Assembly (NCBI RefSeq): GCF_030144855.1
Contig: NC_082707.1
Span: forward strand, 133,920,001-133,984,000
Length of the DNA stretch: 64,000 nucleotides
DNA from: Hypanus sabinus
Taxonomy: Eukaryota
Reading direction: 5' to 3'
In this document: positions 36,918 to 51,937 of the stretch, piece after piece
Numbering within the stretch: position 1 is the first letter of the stretch
Layout: each line of letters begins with the position of its first letter
Notes under the pieces: generated by a model
The model's input: the letters and a program-made list of their open reading frames with translations, nothing else
Database searches by the model: none
Told to the model about the DNA's origin: nothing
Translations under genes and position numbers: made by a program

Positions 36918-39900
36918 CTTAAAAATAAAAAAAAAATTCTCCAGGATAACATCAGCTTGATTTATTACAACTAAACTCCTGGACAGCTAATGCATCTCCA
37001 ACTGTACAATTATAGTATTATGACCATCATCTTGTTACAAGTAGTATTCAGGCTCCATTTTAATTTCTCAAAGATTGATTTATTTTTCCAGCAACTACTT
37101 TCCTTGAATTATTTATGACCTGTGTTCATCTACAACTTCATTCTCCACCTTAGAGTCAGTTGTTTTCAATCACTGTTTTGCTTGACTTCTTTCTGCAATG
37201 TTTCTGTTTTTCTACAGTTTGGCTTGCTGGTCTTTTAGCTATTACACAAATGCTTTAGCAGTCTTAGTTACATCAATGTTCAGGAAGCAGAAAAGGTATA
37301 AATATGAACTCGGTTAAAGATGGAACAGCCTGACCAGGAACCGCACAAGAAAGGGGACAGTTGTCACGGGATGCTCATCAGGTTTCAATGGTGAGTGAAG
37401 GAGACTTTATCATGCTTTGACAATTCAAATCTTGCCTTAATATTTACTAAAAGCCTCTCTGCCTCCACCATCCCCTCAGGCAGTGTTCTGAATTTCAATA
37501 ACCTTCTGGGTGTGGAAAAAATTCTTAGCCTCTTCAACTCAAACCAAGCCACCAAGCTTCTCTTCAGATTGTAGCATAATTTGCCATTTAATTCCTACAT
37601 CATGATGTAGGAGCTAATCATACCTTCCATGTTCATCCACAGAAAATTAATCACAATCTACTACCAATCCAACCTTTTGGACCATTTTCCCATGACGGAC
37701 CTTGTTAAAGACTCATTTGAAATCCATTCATCCATAAATACACCTTTTTTTCCTCAAAAGGAACAATTTTTAGACAAAATTGCCCTCCTGATAAAATAAT
37801 GCTGATAATCTTTGGTCTCCCTCCCAGTGTATACAAATCCTGTCCCTCAATTTACCACCCTTCTACCCCAGTAACTTACTAACTACACTCATTGACCTGT
37901 AATTTTTCTGTTTTTCCCCTGAGCAATTTTGAATAAAGATTATCAAATTTGTTGTCCTCCAGTCATTCAGCACTTCACCCGAGGCCAAATATTTAAATAT
38001 AGCAGGGCCCTGGCATTTTCTTCCCTTGCATCACAATAGCTGCCTTGGAGCTTTATTGACTTTTACTGGCATTTAACCCTCCACCCGACTCAAATTCCCC
38101 ACCACAACATCCTCATTTATGAAAACATGATCTGCCTTCTGGTTCCACAGACTGCTTGCCCCTATGATTCTTCATGGGTCATACTTTTCTCCCCCCTCTG
38201 GCTATTCCTTTGCCCTTAATACAAAATGCTTTGAGACTTAATCTTGTCTGCCAATGATATTTGTAACTTGTTTAGCCACACTAGCTCCCAAGAACCCGAA
38301 GGAACACTCCTGACAGGCTCTCCTCCTTCATTTTCTATACCTAGCATAGTGTGTGTGTTTTTTTAAAATCAATCCTCAAACTCTTGACGTCCAGGGCTTC
38401 TTGGACTTCCTACCTCTGCCTTTCATTCTTGCAGGAATATATTGGTCCTAAATTCTATTTAATTTTCAAATGACTCCCACTGTCCTGTATGGACTTCACC
38501 TAGTGTTAAGGATTGTTAAGAATGAGTCACCTATAAGCAGGAGTTACAGATTAGCAGCCAGCAAAATAAATGAGGACCAATCTTTAAATTATTTCAAATC
38601 TAACCATTACAAGCAGCAATTCAGTTGATATTACAAGGTAGTTACATAAAGAAATAGCACTGAAGACAGTAGGCTAATGAAGTTTCTTAAGTGATTTGGT
38701 TTGGAAACATTACCATGAGACATTCTCAAGTAAACTGACCAAACGTACAGACAACAGGACTATTTTAATCATTATTGGGACAGAGATCAAAGTGGCATCA
38801 GTCTGGCTTTTACCACTTGGCACATCAAACACGGGAATAGGCAGGGATTGGTTGTGTACCTGATAACCACTCAGTACGGTGTGATATCTGCATGTAGATT
38901 TTTTTGTGTTCAGAAGGTTTTAGGCTACCCCCATGAATCATTTTTGAGACAAAAAACTTAGATAATCTTGTCACTAAACATGTATTACTAATGTAAATAA
39001 ATCCATGGAACCATTCGTGTACACCCAAAATATTTAAATAAATTGTGCAATTGTAACAATATAAATTGTATTCAATCAGCCACTGTAACCTTTGTTCTTA
39101 AAGGGTATATAAATTCAATGTACATTGAACTCAGGGGTTCTGTTACAACTGCTTGCTTATGATGCTGAATAAAGATCTGATATTGTAGCTACAATTCTCA
39201 TCTCCGTGCAGTTCATCAAGTATTTTACTGTCAGACTCCAGACAGATCTTATCCCACCTTGAGATTTGCACAGTGATGGTAACTAATTCCACGATCCAGC
39301 ACAGAATCAATGGGCTGAAATGGCCTGCTTCTATGGCTTAAGAAAATAAGTAAATTCCAAAATGCTCTCCTATTGACATTAATACTTGCCCAGCTGCACG
39401 TTGTAAGATTAGTAACAGTACTGACTCTTCTCTACTAGAATTATCCACATGTTCTCTCAAACAGCTTTCATGGATGCTGCATTCAGAATTCTATCCCTTT
39501 CACATTAATCATCAATATTGGAGACAAAATGCCTTCTAAAAGCCTATTATTGTTACACTTCTGATTTGCCCACACATCTGCACCCACTTCTTGCCTGACT
39601 GTTAGTATGTATTTCAGATAACCCCCCAAAAAATTATCACTTTTTATTCCCACCTCTATCCCCTTACTTGAAGGTTCTTCTAGAATCTCCTCCCACATTA
39701 CTGCAGAAATGGTCTCGAATCAACAATGCCATCCCACCTTCTCTTATATCCTCACCTGTCACACCTGAAGATTTTTAACCCTGGAGTGGTATGTTGCCAG
39801 TACTAGCTTTCTTTTGCATGTTATAACAATAATGTCATATTCCATGTTCTAATCAACAGTCAATTCATCTGCATTACAAGTCAGATTAAATTGATGCATC

Positions 39901-40649
39901 CTTCTCTTTATGCCCTATGATTTCCATATCGACTCTCCCTACTGCAACAACTTTGTTTCCTTTTTAATATTTGACTGTACTCTATTTCTACCCTGTACTT
40001 TTGCCAATTTACTTTAAAACCTTCCTCCTAGGATTAGCAAACCTCCCAAGGATGTGTGATCCACTTGCAGGTACAATACAACTACTCTACACAGGGCCAC
40101 AATCAGTCCTCCCTCCTATGCCATCTCTAGCCACACATACATCTGACCTATCAAGGAATTCCTATGCTCAGTAGAACATAGCACCAGAAATAATCTAGAG
40201 ATTATATCTATACACTAGGACACAACAGAAGTAGACCATCAGGCCTTTCAAACATGATCCACCATTTAATATAATCATGGCTAATCAATTCCTCTTCTAC
40301 ATCTCTCAACCATGCCCCTTCTGGATCGAACAAATACCTGCACATCTTTACATTCAATATTTCTCATGATTCGGCTTCTACCATCACCAACCAGGACAAA
40401 GAATTCTAAAAGTTCACTACTCTCTGCAGGAAGGAATTTCTATGTAGATCATTATTGTGAGAAACCCTTTATACTGTTATGTCCCCCTGTTCAAGACTCC
40501 CCCACTGGTGAAAACATTACATTTCCCCGTCAAGCTTCATTAGGACCTTACATTTTTAAATAAAATCACTCTTCATCTTCAGAACTTCACTGGTTAGTGT
40601 CTCTTAGTAGGACAACTGGTGAGCCTCCTTTGTACTACTTCCTATGGTA

Positions 40650-43600
40650 CTATATTTTGTGTAGTGAAGTACAGAGGGATCTCATTGAAACTTTATGGAT
40701 AGGGAGAGGATATTTCCAGTACTGGGGGATTTCAGGACAAGATAGGACAGTATCAGAATAAGAAGGATGGCCCTTTAGAACAAAGAGGAGAAGGAATTTT
40801 TTAGTGCGGGGGAGTGAATCTGTGGAATTCATTGCCACAGATGGCTGTGGAGGCCAAGTCACTGGGTAAATTGAAAGCAGAGGTTGATAGGTTCTTGATT
40901 AGTAAGGGCATCAAAGGATATGGGTAGAAAGCTGGAGAATGCAATTGAGAGGGATAATAAATCAGGCAATACAGAATGGCAGAGTAGACCCTGGGCTTAA
41001 AGTCCTAATTCTCCATGTCTTATGTCTTAACCTTATTTTCAATTCAGCATCATCTTTTATCAACCATAGATTATGCCTTTCTCATGAATTCCCCTTTTTG
41101 ACTGGGATAAACTTGCAGAACATCACAGAGCAGCAGTTTGAATACTTGCATAGAACCAGGCCCTATCGTCCTGCTGGTATCCCAGTTGGCTGCATTCGGC
41201 TCCTAACCCTCCAAGAGCTTCCCCTTCATGTATCTATCCAAATGCCTTTTAAATGTTGTACTGGTACCCACCATGACCACTTGCTCAGGCAGCTCACTCC
41301 AGGTACTCATTACCCTGTGTAAACAAGATGCTCTCAGGTCTCTTTAATCTCTCCCCTCTTATCTTGCATATGTGTCCTCTAGTTTTGGAGTCCCCAACCT
41401 TGGGGAAAGGATCATGACTGCTCACCTCACCCATTTACTTCATGATTTTATAAACTTGAGTGAGGTCACTCCTCATTCTTCCACACTCCACCAAGGAACA
41501 GAGATCCAGCAAAATCAGAGTCAGGTTTATTATCACTGGTATGTATCATGAAATTCGTTAACTTAACAGTAGCAGTTGAATGCAATACATAATATAAAAA
41601 GACAATAAAATAAATATATACATGTATATTAAATAGATTTAAAATCACGCAAAAGCAGAATGTATATTAAAAAGTGAGGTAGCATTCATGAGCTCAATGT
41701 CCATTTATCAATCATATGGCAGAGGGAAAGAAGCTGTTCCTGAATCTGTGTGTGCCTTCAGACTTCTGTACCTCCTTCCAGATGGTAACAATAAGAGGGC
41801 ATATGCCCTGGGTGATGGGGGTCCTTAATAGTGGATGTCGCCTTTCAGGCACCACTCCTTGAAGATGTCTTGGATACTATGGAGTCTAGTACCCACGATG
41901 GAGCTGACTAATTGTAAAACTTTCTGTAGCTGCTTTCAGTCTTGTGCAGTGGCACCCCCCACTCCCATATCAGACAGTGATGCAGCCTATCAGAATGCTC
42001 TCCATGGCACATCTATAGGAGTTATTGAGTGTTTTAGGTGACAAACCATATGTCTTCAAACTCCTCATGAAATATAGCCACTGTCATCTTCTTTATATCT
42101 GCAACGATATGTTGGGACCATGAGAGATCTTCAGAGATCTTGACACCCAGGCATGGTAACCTTTCCCTATAACTCACACCCTCTAGTCCAGGCAGCATTC
42201 TCTTAAATTGTTTCTGTAGCTGCTCCAGCTTGACAAGGTCTTTCCTGTAACAGGGTGACCAAAACGCTACACAATATTCCACATGGTCTCACATATAACT
42301 GTATAACGTCCTTACTCCTAAACTCAATGTCCTGATTAATTAAGACCAGCATGCTGAACACCTTCACCAACCTGTCTACTTACACAGCCACTGGCAGAAA
42401 ATTATGCATCTGCACTCCCAGGTCTCCCTGTTCCACAACACTCCGTGCCCTGCCATTCACAATAGAGGTCAGAACCTGGCCTGAATGTTCAAAATGCCTT
42501 ACTTCAGGCTTGACCGAATTGAAAACCATTTGCCATTCCTCAGCCCATTTCCCCATCTCTTTGTAATTCACCCTAACTTACTAACTGTGCCACGTACATA
42601 AGTCCCAACACACTAGTCACAGGCCTCCAATCAGAGAGTTGATCTTCAACCATCACCTTCTGCCTTCCATCACTGAGCCAGTTCTGAATCCACCTCACAA
42701 GCTCCCCCTGAATCCCATGTAACCCAACCTTACAGATCAGCCTGCCATGCAGGACCTTTTCAAATACATATACTTCACTGCCCAACCTTTCACTATTTCC
42801 GTAGTTACCTCTTTGAAACACTCCAAAAGTTTCACCACACATGATGTTGCACATACAAAATCACACTGACTATTCCTGATCAGGTGGCGACTGTCCAAGT
42901 AATGGCAGATCTTATCCCTCAAAATCCCCTCCACAGCCTGACAACTGAAGTCCGGCTCTTTGGCTTGTAGTTCTCTGCTCTGTCCTTTATGCTCTTCTTA
43001 AACAATCGAACATTAGCCACTCTCCCAAAACTCACTAGCGGCTAACATGAAGCAAATATCTCTGCAAGGGTCTTTGTCATTTCTTCCCTGGCCTCCCACA
43101 AGGTCCTGGAGTGCACTCGGTCAGGCCCTGGGTATTAGTCAACCGTAATGCACTTCAAGGCTGCAAATACTTCCTTCCTCAAATGTACACATCTCAAGAT
43201 TTCACTGTTTATTACCCTCATTTCTCTGGCATCTATGATATTCTACTTAGTAAGCAGAGGAGAAAAAGACGTTAAAAATCTCGGCCATCTCCTGTGACTC
43301 CACAGATAGGCACCCATAGTGGTCTTTAAGAGGATCTAATCTCTCCCCTAGTCACTCTATAAAATGTTAATATAACTGAAAACCTCTGGTGATTATCTTT
43401 AGCCCTACCTGTCAAATCCACCTTATACCATCTTCTTGCCCTCCTGTTTTCCCTCTTAAATGTTTTATATTCATTAAGGATTCATGGCTCCCTTCTTATT
43501 CTACACCAGAATGAACCAATCTCTCTCACTAGCTGGGGCTCATGAACTTGCTAAAAGGAACATGCTGCCACTGTAATATTGTTATGACCCTTGCAAAAGC

Positions 43601-45260
43601 CTCCCACTTGCCAACTGTTCCTTTCCCTTCAACTAGTCACCCAGTTGACCTAGATTCTGCCTAATGTCTCTTTCCTGTGGTTTACGGACCTCGTGCTTAC
43701 AATGGTATTGTTCTAGGGCATAAAAAAAGTTTGGGAACCCCTGCTCTAGACTTTAACCTGTGGACCTGCTCTATCTTTTTCCATAACTATTTTAAAACCA
43801 ATAGAATCGTGGTCAGTGGACCCAAAGTACCACCCCTCCCTCAGAGCTCACCTACTGACCTGTCTCTTGTAGCTACCAAGTCCAACTTCAATGCCTACCT
43901 CAGTTATAACTGTCCTTATTTAAATTGAAGAATCTGGTTAGAAGACCATAGCCCATAAAAGACAGGAGCATAATTAGGCCATTCACCCCATCAAGTCTAC
44001 TCCGCCATTCCATTGTAGTTGATTTATCATCCCTCTCAACCCCATTCTCTTGCCTTCTCCCTGTAACCTTTGACGTCCTAACTGATTAAGAACCTATCAG
44101 CCTCTACTTTAAATATACCCAATGACTTGGCCTCCATTGCCATCTGTGACAATGAATTCCACAGATTCACTACCCTCTGGCTAAAGTTGTTCCTTCTCAC
44201 CTTTGTCCTAAATACAAGCTCCTCAATTCTGAGGCTGTGCCCTCTGGTCTAGACTCCCCCACTATAAGAAACATCCTCTCTACATCCACTCTGTCTAGAC
44301 CTTTCAGTATTTAAAATATTTCAGTAAGATCCCCCCCATTCTTCTAAACACCATCTAGAACAGCCCCAGAGCCATCAAACACTCCTGACACATTAACCCT
44401 TTCATTCCCAGGATCATTCTCATAAACCACCTCTGGAACCTCTCCAATGCTAGCACATCCTCTGTTAGATAAGGGGCCCAAAACTGCTTGCAGTCTTCCA
44501 TCATTACATCATTGCTTTTACATTCTAGTCCTCTCAAAGTGAATGGTAGCATTGCATTTGTCTTCCTCACCACTGACTCAACTTGCAAGTTAATCTTGAG
44601 GAAATGAATCCTGCACAAGGGCTCTCAAGTCCCTTCTAATTTCTGAATTTTCAGAATCAGTTGCTTCATCCTACCTTTAGAAAATTTCTTCTTTGGGATG
44701 TATCTAACTTGCACTTTCCAAATTGCTCCCAGAAACTCCAGCCATTGCTGCTCTGCCATCATCCCTGCTAGTGTCCCCTTCCAATCAGCCTTGTCTAACT
44801 CCTTTTTCATGCCTCTGTAGTTGCCTTTACTCCACTGTATTACTGATACAACTGATTTTAGCTTCTCCCTCTCAAACTGCAGGGTAAACTCTATCATTTA
44901 TGATTACTGCCTCCCAAGGGGTTCTCTAGCTCCCTAATCATATCTTCATTACATAACATCCAATCAGCTTAACCACAAGCTGCTCTAAAAAGCCATCTTG
45001 TATCCATTCTACAAATTTCTTGTCTTGGGACCTAGCACCAGCCCGATTTTCCCCAATCCACTTGCATATTGAAATCACCCATATTGAAATAGACTGTTGT
45101 ACTATTGCCCTTTTGACATACCATTTCTATCTCCCATTGTTAATTGCAGCCCTTATCCTAGCTACTGTTCCGAGGCTGGCATGTAACTACCATCAGGGTC
45201 TTTTCACCCTTGCAGTTTCTTAACTCTAGCCACAAGGATTCTACATTTTCCAATCCCATG
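40650..45260. mobile_element. cluster of nested degraded CR1 fragments with a Rex1 fragment (~41513-42150, minus)
   Basis: MEYCVAFWSP, WAEEWQMVFN, FEKVLHGRL, QFWAPYL CR1 motifs; LGVKISEDLSWSQHI and an (attctg)-type tail for Rex1. Confidence 0.7.
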
Positions 45261-45523
45261 TCGCCTCTGAAGATTCGATTTTTATTTCTTCTTTTTTTTA
45301 AAAAAAACCACCAGTCGCCACACCCCTCTGCCTATGAACTATTACATTTAGAATTCTTTCATTTGTGTTTACCACCCCCAAGGGGATCTGTAGGTGATCT
45401 TAAGAGTTATTAATCCTTCCTCATTACACATGACCAAATCTAGAAAGCCTGTTCCAGGTATGCTCTGTAACGTCCTACTCTAAAAAGCAATCCCCAAAGC
45501 ATTCCACAATTACTCGCCTATAT

Positions 45524-46070
45524 CTTCTTCTTCTTCGGCTGTCCATCGATTTCGATGTTGACTGTGCTACTCCAACACACTTTGCACAGTAATTAGATAG
45601 ACGGTGTCATGCCTCCACCATACAGTCTCTTTGGGCTTCCAAATCTGATGCTAAGTGGTACACAGGAGTGTAACAGACTTAGCGGATAAGGAAGCTGCCC
45701 CACAGTGACAACTAACTAGCCTAGTGACGCCATCCGTTGACCAGCACTCTGGTTCCTCTGCATGCCACCAAGGTGCTGTACCATTGGCCCTTTTGGATTC
45801 ATCTGCCCCAGTCACCATCAGATGCCCTGCTGCTGGCGTCCTTGTTGGGTGCAGCCTTTGCCTGAAGAGGCATAACCTACAAAGTAGCAAAGGCATGCAT
45901 ACCTCCTTGACTTAGGTAGCCACGATCCTACTACCAGATCTAGTCCAGTAGTATACTGATGGAACATCACCTTCACGGCCAGAGAACGAATCTCCGCCGT
46001 ACTTCACTGGTGTTTGGCCAACGTCACTCCTACGCCACAGTGAGGTGACAAGGTAGGATTTTGTAGGACA
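45524..46070 (-). mobile_element. RTE-like retroposon fragment with (AAG)n tail inserted in a CR1 endonuclease remnant
   Basis: tcttcttcttcttcggctgtcc tail on +; flanked by CR1 EN codons (VGVVYRPPN). Confidence 0.5.
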
Positions 46071-47506
46071 CCCTACCAGTTTGGTTTTCTCAATGCGTAG
46101 ACTAAAATGTCCCATATTAATTGGAGTTTTCTTCAAACGCGCCCCTGAAATTTCCCCATTAATACTTTGACCTACTAAAGGGTCATAATTTGGGGGTCTA
46201 TAGACTACTCCAACCCGGGTCTCCCTTGCCCAGTTACTGATTTCAATCCAAATTGATTCCACTTCAATATTGACTCTTTTATGTTGCAATTCAGTACTGT
46301 TCTGTTACTTTCCCTGATTAACTAAACCAGTTTCGAAATTTTGTTTAACACAATTCAGTATTTTCTTTATGCGTTTTTCCTTACATATTCTGCCCTGGCT
46401 ATCATGCTAGTTTCTTTCCCCCCTCCCCCCAAATGATTTCTGTCCTGTGGGTGACACCATTAGTAGATCTATAGGAGATGCTGCCTCAAAGATCCCTACC
46501 ATCCAGAAACGCCATCATTTTGTGGCTACCAACAGACAAGATGTACAGACGCCTGAAGTTCCACACCACCAGTCTCAGGGATGGCAACTTTCCTTCACCG
46601 AGTTATTGACCCAGACAACAAAGTCCAAATCACTGCAGTTTAGCAACACGATGAGCATTTTGGTCATTCTGCACTAAAATGGACTTCAACTGATTCTAAA
46701 TGTGTACTTTCTTGTAAAAATTTGTATACTTTATGCTTAGCTTTTCTTATGAATGCAGCTTATAAGTTTCTCATGGTACTTGTGCATATGACTAAAGTTG
46801 ACTTTGATTTGGAACCAATACCAACCCCCCCCCATTAGCTGGAAACAATCTATAATCCAAATTATGTGATTCACCAGCACATTGGTACCAACATGGTTCA
46901 GGGAGGGTCCACCTCAACAGAAAAACTCTTTCCTGGCATCAGTGTCCCATGGATCAGAAGCCTAGTCACCCTTTACCAATGTGCACATGACTCAGCAAAT
47001 AACGTGCAGCTTACCAGCCTTGTACTTCTGCTTTTCAATTCTGCCTCGAGCTCCTCAAACATTCAGCAGAAAATCCTTCCTCTTCCTGGTTATGTTGTTA
47101 CTGCCCACATGAACTACAGCAGTTAGATCCACCACCTCCCATCCCAAGCTCTTCTCCATGCAGAAGAGATGTCCTTAACAAGGCAGGCAACACAGCCTTT
47201 GAGACTTATCTTTGCTGCAGATACCAGAGTCCATTTCCCAACCACGCTGGCCCTTATGAGTCTACATTCAACTGGCTCCCTGTTCCATGGTGCTGTGGAC
47301 AGTTTACACATCCTCTCTTCATCCATACAATTTATGTCCCAAGTTACCCGTTTGTCTCTCCACCTTTAAGGTAATACTTTCAGAAAACTGATTTATCTTT
47401 CAGAAATCTTGAAGAAGACTACTTGAGTAACCATGTTTTTACAAGGAATCATTCAATATTATGAAATACATTTACATTTTTGTCAAAAATAAAACATTTT
47501 ACTTAC

Positions 47507-47551
47507 TGTCTCCTCCTTCCTGATAATGTTCAAATACTGGCAGTACAACAC
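47507..47551 (-). CDS. ATP6V1D: ATP6V1D exon 5
   Basis: aatag| ... |gtaagt; 45 nt, (G)VVLPVFEHYQEGGD(S). Confidence 0.94.
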
Positions 47552-48595
47552 CTATTAAGAAAATACATTCAGTTACTGTTTCCACATTTAAGAAATTTTA
47601 TATTCTTTGATCGTGACATAACATTTTTATAAAGCATACAATTTACTCATTGCTCTTTTTCTTATTTTCATATTTAAAATGTTCATATTTATTTACTTGC
47701 CTGCATTTTAGAAGTCAAAGCAGGCTTCAACAAATGCCACCTTCTTTCAATAGCTGGGACATGTAGGAAAAGGCTGCAATATTTATCTTTTATTTTGTTA
47801 GTCCATTCAAGCTGCCACATATCATACTTAACTTAAAAATATTAGGCCTAATCACAAATCTATTTATCCAGCATTAAAACTAGTCAAACACACTTACCTT
47901 ATTGAAAATCACCAAACTGGGCATTCTGGTTACATCATATCCATAGCACAAAGCAAATGTATGATTTAATTGGTCTCTGGTGGTCTACCTTTGCCATGTG
48001 AATATCAGCTCTCTGCACTTCCTTCAATTACACAAAATTCCCAACAGAATTTATTAATGTCACCTAGTTTTAATCTAAAGCAGTGAAAACATTTTCTACA
48101 TTTAGCCCATGTCCCTCTAAACCTTTCCTATCCCTACTTTAGGCCCTTAAGATTTGTACATCTCCATAACATCAGCCCTCATTCTCCGACCCTCCCAAAA
48201 AAAAGTCCCTACCTATCTCCATTACTCAGCCCTCAGGTCCCAGCTACATCCACACAAATCTCCTCTGCACTTTTTCCAGCTTAATAGCACATTTCCTATA
48301 GCAGAACAACCAAAACAATGTTCCAAAGCAACTTCACCAACTTCTTCACAACTACAACATAACATCCCAGCTTTTATACTCAGAGCCCTTAGTGATGAAA
48401 ACCAGTGTACTAAAACCTTATTTACCAATCTAAAACATCCATTTTACTATATACCTGGGTCCCTCTGCTTAACAACTCCCTAACATTCTCTATGAACATT
48501 CTACCTTCATTTGTCAACACCACACCCTTATCCGAATTAAATGCCACCTAACATTTCTCAGCCCACTTACTCAGGTGATCAAGATCCCTCTAAAT

Positions 48596-49782
48596 TAATG
48601 GTCACCAATCTTTTTCAGCCCAAGATCCCCTACCTTGGCCTTAGTGAAAGGCAAGATTGATTACTAAATCAGTTAGTCACACACATGTGCACCGGGCAGA
48701 AAAGACCAGAATTAAAACCCCGCAACCCAGAAGTAGAAATAATGTGTGTACACTGTGTAGTTTCACTTAACAGAATCAGGAAGATTAAGCCAAGCAACAC
48801 ACACAAAATGCTGATGGAATGCAGCAGGCCAGGCGGCATCTATAGGAAGAAGTACAAATGATGCTTCAGGCCGAGACCCTTCGTCAGGAGGAAACGTCGA
48901 CTGCACTTCTCCCTATAGATGCTGCCTGGCCTGCTGTGTTCCACCAACATTTTGTGTGTGTTGCTTGAGTTTCCAGCATCTGCAGATTTCCTCCTGTTTG
49001 CAAGATTAAGCCAAAACCGATTTGTGGGAAAAAATCAGCATGTACATGCTTGCGCACACATGTGCCTGCACAGGGCCTTGGTGGTCATGGTAGTCTTTCT
49101 CAGGGTAAACACAAGCGTCCCATATTTGACTGCAATTTTTGTCCCTTATTTGGGAGTGAGAAATTTGACTCATAACTACAGACAGCTAGTTTGAGACAGT
49201 ATGTGGGGCAGCTCCTGTACTTAAATTTTTTTTCATCTGTTGCAGCACAGTGCCCTCGCAAACCTCCTGACAGACTGAATATTTGAATGGACAGTTTCCT
49301 TTGTTAGACTGACTGTTGAATCTGCCACGTTTTTCAGGTGTTTTGTATTGGTAAACTGTTACTGAGTCACTAATATAAGTTTCAGAGGTACGCAAGATAA
49401 TGGAACCACTGTTTTCTGTTTCCCTGGTTATTTACATTTGGGGAATGTTGGAATTTAAAGGAGAAGTGTTCTAACATGAGCATTATAAAGGTAATACAAA
49501 TTAGGATAATGATAATATAGCAATACCCCCTGCTACAGAAGCTGTTTGTAAAGAGAGGTTGCTTCCGGGTTGTGGGGTTTTACTTCCGGTCTTTTCTACT
49601 GTAGTGCGTGGTGAGGGAGCGACACACATGCGCACTGGGCAGAAAGAGCGGAACTAAAACCCCGCAACCCGGAAACAATCTCTCAACAGTATTTGTGTAT
49701 TTTTTTTTCTTTTTTTTGGGATCTACTGGGTAAGTCTCAAAGATCGACCAGTCGATCGTGATCAATGGGTTGGCGACCACTA
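48596..49782. mobile_element. non-autonomous hAT (Charlie-type) element
   Basis: perfect 8-bp TSD ctctaaat (48588-48595 / 49783-49790); TIRs taatggtcaccaa / ttggcgaccacta; inserted in a minus-strand CR1 remnant. Confidence 0.9.
48794..49001 (+). mobile_element. Penelope-derived palindromic insertion nested in the hAT element
   Basis: 13-bp TSD aagattaagccaa (48781-48793 / 49002-49014); ~60-bp inverted arms plus 3' tail. Confidence 0.88.
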
Positions 49783-51223
49783 CTCTAAATGATGTAAACT
49801 ATTTCGCTGGCAACGACTCCACTTCATTTAGTGCCATCTGCAGATTTACTAAGTGTACCTTGTACATTCTCATCCAAATCTCTGGTGTGGATTACCTATA
49901 ATAATGGGCCTAGCACCAACCCTTGGGAAACACCTATAATTATGTACCTTCTGTCAGAAAAACAACCTTCCTCAATCACCCTCTGCTTCCTACCATCGCC
50001 AATTGTATATCCGATTAGTTACCTCTTTCTGAATTTCATGTGATCTAACTTTCCATTGCTCAAGTCCAAAGAAACCATGTCTACTGCCCTGCCCTCAACA
50101 ATCTTCTTGCAACTTTCTTCGCACTAAGCTGTGCTAACTAATGTGATCCTATACCCAGCTTTCAAAATGCATGCAACTGTTATCCCTCAGAATCCCTTCT
50201 AGCAACTTGCCTACCACAGGTGTTAGCCTTACTGTCTATTGCTCCCTTTAAAGCCTTTCTTAAATAAAGGCACAACATTGGCCATCTTCAAGTCTTCCGG
50301 CATTTCTCCTACTTCAAACAAATAACTCAGCCAGGTGTCCTGTCATTTTCTCTAACTACCCCGTATTCTTGAATATACCTGATTAGGCCCTGGAAATTTA
50401 TCTACCTTTCCATGTTTTCAGACATCCAGTACCTCATCCACTGAAATAAAGACCATCTCCAAATTGTTACCATAAAATGTCTCAAGGACCAAGGTCCTCA
50501 AACTTGTCCCCCACTTACCAGAAGACTCTGTGCCTGTAAACAAGGTACTCTGATTTGCAAGTTTCTGTCAAATATAGTTCAACAATTTCCTTTCCTCAAT
50601 TTAGATCTGGTCTACAAGTTAAAGTTCATCTCTTTCCATGACCAATTAAAAACTAACAGAACTGCAATCACTGCTCTCACCCCACTGACACCTCAGTCAT
50701 TTGTCTTCCTTCATTTTGCAAGAGCAAGTCAAGCTTTGCCCTTCCCTAACAGGACATTCTATACATTGCCTAAGGAAACCTTCCTGTACACACATCACAA
50801 ATTCCACCCCATCTAAGTGCTTAGCACTATGGCAATCCCAATCTGTTAGAAAAGTTAAAATTCCCTACAATGACAACTCTATTTTTCTTGAACTTTTCTG
50901 CAATCTTATTGCATATTTGTTTCTCTGACTCTTATCGACTATAAACAGGTTTATAATACAATCCCAAAAGGATGATCATCGCTTTATTTCTCAATTCCAG
51001 CTATAAAGCCTCCCTGGACAATCCCTCTGTAATTTCATGATGAACTACTCCCATAACCTCCTCCTTAATCAGAAATGCAACTCCCCTTCTTCCTTCTTCT
51101 ATTCCTATCACACCAACTAATTTTCATAAAATTACAGTGACCTGGGTGTAAATCTAATATTGGAAGTATAAAATGCCACATTTGTCAAGACAACCATAAT
51201 ACAATAGTGTCAAGAAAACATAC

Positions 51224-51291
51224 CTGCTACATTATCCCTTTTGGCCCTGACCTTGACTTGTGCCTTGTTCACATTCTGGATCACAGTAGTA
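51224..51291 (-). CDS. ATP6V1D: ATP6V1D exon 4
   Basis: ttcag| ... |gtatgt; 68 nt, TTVIQNVNKAQVKVRAKRDNVA(G). Confidence 0.96.
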
Positions 51292-51588
51292 CTGAATACA
51301 GAAGAACCAAGAAATTAATTATAAAATTAGTCTCATTACATCAGACACGCAAAAAAAGTTTTGCAAGGATACTAAAATTTGAATCACAGTTGTTCGTCAT
51401 CACTGTTAAATCTAGACATTGAGGCTTTAATTCAATAAACACTTTCTTCTACAGTTAGCCAATATGAATAACTCATCAATTCATAGTTAGCAATCAACAT
51501 TAATGGCAAAAATTACGACACAAAAACATTTGCACAATGAGGATTAAACCAGTCATCTGGCAAAATACTTTTTCCATTATGGTCTCAC

Positions 51589-51668
51589 CTGAAATCTCCA
51601 GCAGTAAATTTTGCTTCAGCTAAAGAAAAAGCTGCCTCCCTCATTACCTCACCCATTAAGGTCTTGGT
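51589..51668 (-). CDS. ATP6V1D: ATP6V1D exon 3
   Basis: ccag| ... |gtgaga; 80 nt, TKTLMGEVMREAAFSLAEAKFTAGDF(S). Confidence 0.97.
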
Positions 51669-51937
51669 CTGGAAGAAGAAAAACCACAATTAAACATATG
51701 GCACTGCCATCTCAGACTTCATAGCTGTTTCTTAAATTTACTGTTGCTATTTTGTTTTTAAATGTAGAAAGTGTTTTCAGATTATACAGTGTATTGCTTA
51801 TTTATACATGAAATTGAGCTGTTTGAAACTGACAATCCAGCCACTTAGATTAAAATTTATATTATGCTAATAATGTCACTAAAATAGCAATAATTATGCA
51901 TTTATTCAAGCTTGTAATGGTAATTTTTCAATTTTAC

